In this document: piece after piece, positions 25,761 through 29,321 of the stretch
Position numbering within the stretch: position 1 is the stretch's first letter
Layout: each line of letters starts with the position of its first letter
Assembly: GCA_045046875.1 (NCBI GenBank)
Contig: JASFYY010000124.1
Span: forward strand, 1-29,321
From: Verrucomicrobiota bacterium
GTDB taxonomy: Bacteria > Verrucomicrobiota > Verrucomicrobiia > Verrucomicrobiales > DEV007
Reading direction: 5' to 3'
DNA: 29,321 bases
Program-made: the position numbers and the translations under genes
The notes under the pieces: generated by a model
Seen by the model: the letters and a program-made list of their open reading frames with translations, nothing else
What the model was told of the DNA's origin: nothing
Database searches by the model: none

Positions 25761-28040
25761 ATGTCTGATTCCCTGTTTAAATTCTCATTTCGTCGTATTT
25801 TTTTCGGACTTATTTCTGCGCTTAGCGTATCTGCTACTTCGTCACTTTACTCGGCGGATTCTACGTCTTTGAAGCAGGCGAGCCAAAAAATCGACGGTTT
25901 GATTCAAAAAGCATACAAGGAGCACAAAATCACTGCCAACCCGGCTAGCAGTGATTCAGTTTTTTTGCGCAGGATTTATTTGGATATTATCGGACGGATC
26001 CCCTCACTAGCGGAAGCCCAGGTTTTTAATGAATCTAAGGCTGGCGACAAACGTTCTCGTTTGATTGAGCGCCTACTTAATTCAGAAGGTTTTGTCAGTC
26101 ACAATTACAACTACTGGGCCGACATCCTGCGTATCAATGCTAGACTTGGCGGTGCAGCGACGGAAGCTGAGTCGGCTTACCGCTTGTGGGTGAAAAGCGC
26201 ACTGCGTGAAAACAAGCCTTATGACCAATTTGTGAAAGACCTGGTAGCTGCGCGCGGTCACTTGTGGGAAAACGGAGCGATTGGTTATTATCAGCGGGAT
26301 CGCGGTATGCCTTTGGATAATATGTCCAATACGGTGCGGGTCTTTTTAGGTACCCGACTTGAGTGCGCCCAATGCCACAATCACCCTTTCGATAAGTGGA
26401 CGCAGATGGATTATTTTAAAATGGCGGCTTTCAGCTACAACGTTGACGCCAATCGTTATCAAACCGAAAACCGCACCGCTTTTAACAAACATATTCAAGA
26501 GCTTTCCCGGGAGCAGACTAAAAAACTGATTAAAGAAAAATACGCGGACATGGACAAACGCGAAGCTCAGCGCAAAGCACAAAAGGAGGTTCGAGGCATG
26601 CGGGATACGGAGTATAGTTTGATGCGTCGAGCTTCAACTGATCTTTACCGTCCGATCCGCTATACCAGTGTGACCGAAAATAAACGCAAGCTGCAACTGC
26701 CGCATGATTATCAGTATGACGATGCCAAACCAAAGGGGAAAGTTACGGCTGAGGTGATGTTCGGTGGAGAGATCAATCTCGATAATGTGGATGACAAGGT
26801 GGACGCCTACGCCGCGTGGATGACTTCGCCGGATAACCCTACTTTTACCAAAGTGATTGCCAACCGTCTGTGGAAGCGGGTTTTCGGGGTGGGGATTCTG
26901 GGGTCGGTGGATGAGTTGACTGATCAGACGGTGAACTCCAACCCGGCTTTGATGACTTATTTGGAAGAACTGATGCGCGAGTCGAACTATGACATGCGGG
27001 AGTATTTACAGATTTTGTATAATACCAAAACCTATCAGCGAACAGCGTATTCCGAAGAGATCGTTGCGGGTATGCCCTATTATTTCCCCGGTCCGGCACT
27101 GCGTCGTATGTCTGCCGAGCAGGTATGGGATTCTTTGATCGTGATGTTGATCGACGACCCCGATCATTATCAACCACGCCTGGAGAGCGACCTGAATGCC
27201 ATTGAGCGCCAGAAACAAATTTATGAAAGCCTCGAAGATCGGGATTCCGAGGATTACATGAAGATGGTCAAGGAGGTGATCAAGGCGACCAAGTTGATCA
27301 ATGTCAAGGAAAAGAAAGTCAGGGAAGAGTATCTGCAGGCTCGCTCCGACGAGGATGTGGAAAAAATCCGTTCTTTGAGTCGTAAGTTGAAGAGTCTGCG
27401 TAATCAATCCTATAAAGAAATCGCCGACATCGCGTATGACAAGGTGTCCAAAGGCGGCGAGACCCAACAAATGATGGCGAATCTGGGCATGGCTTCTTCG
27501 GCGATGAGTGAAGTGAAAACCCAATTGCCAAAAACCAGAGCTATTGGAAAAAAGGCCTACAAACAAGCAATGAAAAATGCATCCTTGAGCAAAGAGGATA
27601 AAATAGCTTTTGCCAATAAAGCAAAGAAGATGCAGGCGGATGCCAAAAACTGGTCACGGGCGACCCGGGAGATGGCTCGCGCTTCGGAACTGCAGTCACC
27701 CGCACGGCGCGGGCATTTCCTAAGGGAGTTTGGTCAGTCTGACCGCGAGACGATTGAAAATGCCAACTGGGGGGCTTCAGTGCCACAGGCATTGAATTTA
27801 CTGAATGGTCCCACCGCAGAGATGCTGCGCAATGTGAATTCTGTTTTTGGTCAGGAGATTGAAAAAGCAAAAACTCCGGAAGATAAAATCAGCACGATTT
27901 ACATGACCATGTTGACCCGCCAACCCAGTGACGCGGAAATGAAAAGCCTATTGGCGGAAGTCGCGGCCAATGGAGAAAAAGGTTACGACAACATTGTCTG
28001 GGCTCTGCTGAATACCCAGCAATTCATCTTTGTTCTTTGA
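25761..28040 (+). CDS. DUF1549/DUF1553 (PSD1) protein with one CxxCH
   Basis: FLRRIYLDIIGRIP, YWADILR, NKPYDQFV, FLGTRLECAQCHNHPFDKWTQ, ANRLWK, RRMSAEQVWDS, SVPQALNLLNG, WALLNTQQF. Signal peptide from ATG 25761. Confidence 0.9.
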   Translation: MSDSLFKFSFRRIFFGLISALSVSATSSLYSADSTSLKQASQKIDGLIQKAYKEHKITANPASSDSVFLRRIYLDIIGRIPSLAEAQVFNESKAGDKRSRLIERLLNSEGFVSHNYNYWADILRINARLGGAATEAESAYRLWVKSALRENKPYDQFVKDLVAARGHLWENGAIGYYQRDRGMPLDNMSNTVRVFLGTRLECAQCHNHPFDKWTQMDYFKMAAFSYNVDANRYQTENRTAFNKHIQELSREQTKKLIKEKYADMDKREAQRKAQKEVRGMRDTEYSLMRRASTDLYRPIRYTSVTENKRKLQLPHDYQYDDAKPKGKVTAEVMFGGEINLDNVDDKVDAYAAWMTSPDNPTFTKVIANRLWKRVFGVGILGSVDELTDQTVNSNPALMTYLEELMRESNYDMREYLQILYNTKTYQRTAYSEEIVAGMPYYFPGPALRRMSAEQVWDSLIVMLIDDPDHYQPRLESDLNAIERQKQIYESLEDRDSEDYMKMVKEVIKATKLINVKEKKVREEYLQARSDEDVEKIRSLSRKLKSLRNQSYKEIADIAYDKVSKGGETQQMMANLGMASSAMSEVKTQLPKTRAIGKKAYKQAMKNASLSKEDKIAFANKAKKMQADAKNWSRATREMARASELQSPARRGHFLREFGQSDRETIENANWGASVPQALNLLNGPTAEMLRNVNSVFGQEIEKAKTPEDKISTIYMTMLTRQPSDAEMKSLLAEVAANGEKGYDNIVWALLNTQQFIFVL

Positions 28041-28099
28041 CCTTACTTTTGACCACCCATTTTCTAAGTCTGCCTAAAATCCCCTGACTTCTGTTTATT

Positions 28100-29321
28100 A
28101 TGAAAAATCCACTATTGAATGCTGACGAACCTACTCGCAGACGTTTCATGGCCACAGCTGCCAAAACCCTATTAGGAGTTGGCGCTGCGCGGGCGTTCTT
28201 GCCAGGCAATGCCAGCGCTGCCCTGGGGCCGAACCTGGGACTGACGGATCGTGCCAACTCGGCCAAGTCGGTGATCTATCTTTACATGAACGGTGGCATG
28301 ACTCATTTGGATACTTTTGATCCCAAGGTCGGCCATGAAAACCAAGGCCCGACCAAGGCGATCCCTACCAATGTGGATGGGATTGAGATCAGCGAGTATC
28401 TTCCCCAGCTAGCCAATCACGCCGATAAAATGGCGATTGTGCGTTCGATGTCATCCACGGCGGGAGCTCACGCTCAGGCGAATTACCTGATGCATACCAG
28501 TTACGACATGCGCGCTACGATTCGCCATCCTGGAGTAGGGGCCTGGTTGCAGAAGTTCCACGGACGTCTCAATCCCAATTTGCCCGGCAGTGTTTTTGTT
28601 GGTGGTTCCAGCCGCATCAACGGGGGCTCGGGATTTTTTGAATCTTCTTTCGAACCTTTGGCGATCAATGATCCCAACGCGGGTTTGAAAAACAGCAAGC
28701 GGCGCGGGGTGACGGAAGAAGTTTTTGATCACCGCCTTAAATTGGCGGAGAGCTTGGATTCAGGTTTTCATAAACAGTATGATCTGAAAAAAGTACGTGC
28801 TTATACTTCAATGTATGACGATGCCGTGCGCATCATGACCAGCGAGGACCTGGAGGTATTTGACCTCAAGAAAGAAGACGAACTGGTGCGCGAGACCTAT
28901 GGTGAAAACTCGTTTGGACAAGGTTGTTTGTTAGCAAGGCGTTTGGTTGAACGCGATGTGCGCTCGATCGAAGTGGATCTGGGTGGATGGGATATGCATA
29001 ACAATACCTTTATCGAGGCTCCTGATAAATGTGCTATCTTGGATCAGGCTCTGGCAGCTTTGTTGGGGGATCTGAACAAACGCGGTATGCTCGAGGATAC
29101 CCTGGTGGTTTTGGCGACTGAGTTCGGGCGTACCCCGAGGATCAATCAGAACGTCGGTCGTGATCACTTCCCTGCAGCTTTCAGTTGTATGTTAGCCGGG
29201 GGCGGAATCAAAGGTGGTGTGGCTTATGGCAAAACCACCGATGACGGAGAAAAGGTCGAGGACAAGTTGGTGAAGGTGGAGGACTTTAATGCCACCATTG
29301 CTTATGCGCTGGGCATTCCGC
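28100..29321 (+). CDS. DUF1501 domain protein with Tat signal, 3'-truncated by the window (absent from the ORF track)
   Basis: Translated by hand: MKNPLLNADEPTRRRFMATAAK...AKSVIYLYMNGGMTHLDTFDPK...FGQGCLLARRLVE...GGWDMH...EFGRTP.IN...GRDHFP...DFNATIAYALGIP, open to the window end. Confidence 0.9.
   Translation, partial: MKNPLLNADEPTRRRFMATAAKTLLGVGAARAFLPGNASAALGPNLGLTDRANSAKSVIYLYMNGGMTHLDTFDPKVGHENQGPTKAIPTNVDGIEISEYLPQLANHADKMAIVRSMSSTAGAHAQANYLMHTSYDMRATIRHPGVGAWLQKFHGRLNPNLPGSVFVGGSSRINGGSGFFESSFEPLAINDPNAGLKNSKRRGVTEEVFDHRLKLAESLDSGFHKQYDLKKVRAYTSMYDDAVRIMTSEDLEVFDLKKEDELVRETYGENSFGQGCLLARRLVERDVRSIEVDLGGWDMHNNTFIEAPDKCAILDQALAALLGDLNKRGMLEDTLVVLATEFGRTPRINQNVGRDHFPAAFSCMLAGGGIKGGVAYGKTTDDGEKVEDKLVKVEDFNATIAYALGIP

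Overview
A gene-dense, moderately GC-rich bacterial chromosomal segment, most likely from Verrucomicrobiota (PVC superphylum). The assignment is inferred from two DUF1549/DUF1553 + DUF1501 gene pairs and TGTTC-N4-GAACA-like boxes upstream of lexA. From left to right the window holds: a secreted PD40-propeller/PA/M28/PDZ peptidase; a tightly coupled minus-strand operon (diheme cytochrome c, Tat-signal TldD, TldE) divergent from nsrR, with an NsrR-type operator in the 50-bp gap; an uncharacterised monoheme protein behind nsrR; a ~190-bp palindromic REP/MITE-like element; bioF; a D,D-carboxypeptidase lipoprotein; a TPR protein; lexA with tandem SOS boxes; yaaA; a 53-aa membrane protein missed by the ORF track; DUF1501 + PSCyt/PSD1; a two-gene NAD-linked formate dehydrogenase; glnS; DUF2752 and DUF4190-like membrane proteins; and a second DUF1549/1553 + DUF1501 pair cut by the window edge. 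I saw no rRNA, tRNA, CRISPR array, transposase or prophage. The best candidate for an undescribed system is the putative NO-responsive NsrR / cytochrome c / exported TldDE module. A dispersed 29-30 bp triple-heptamer (AAC-CACTGAT) repeat family is also notable.
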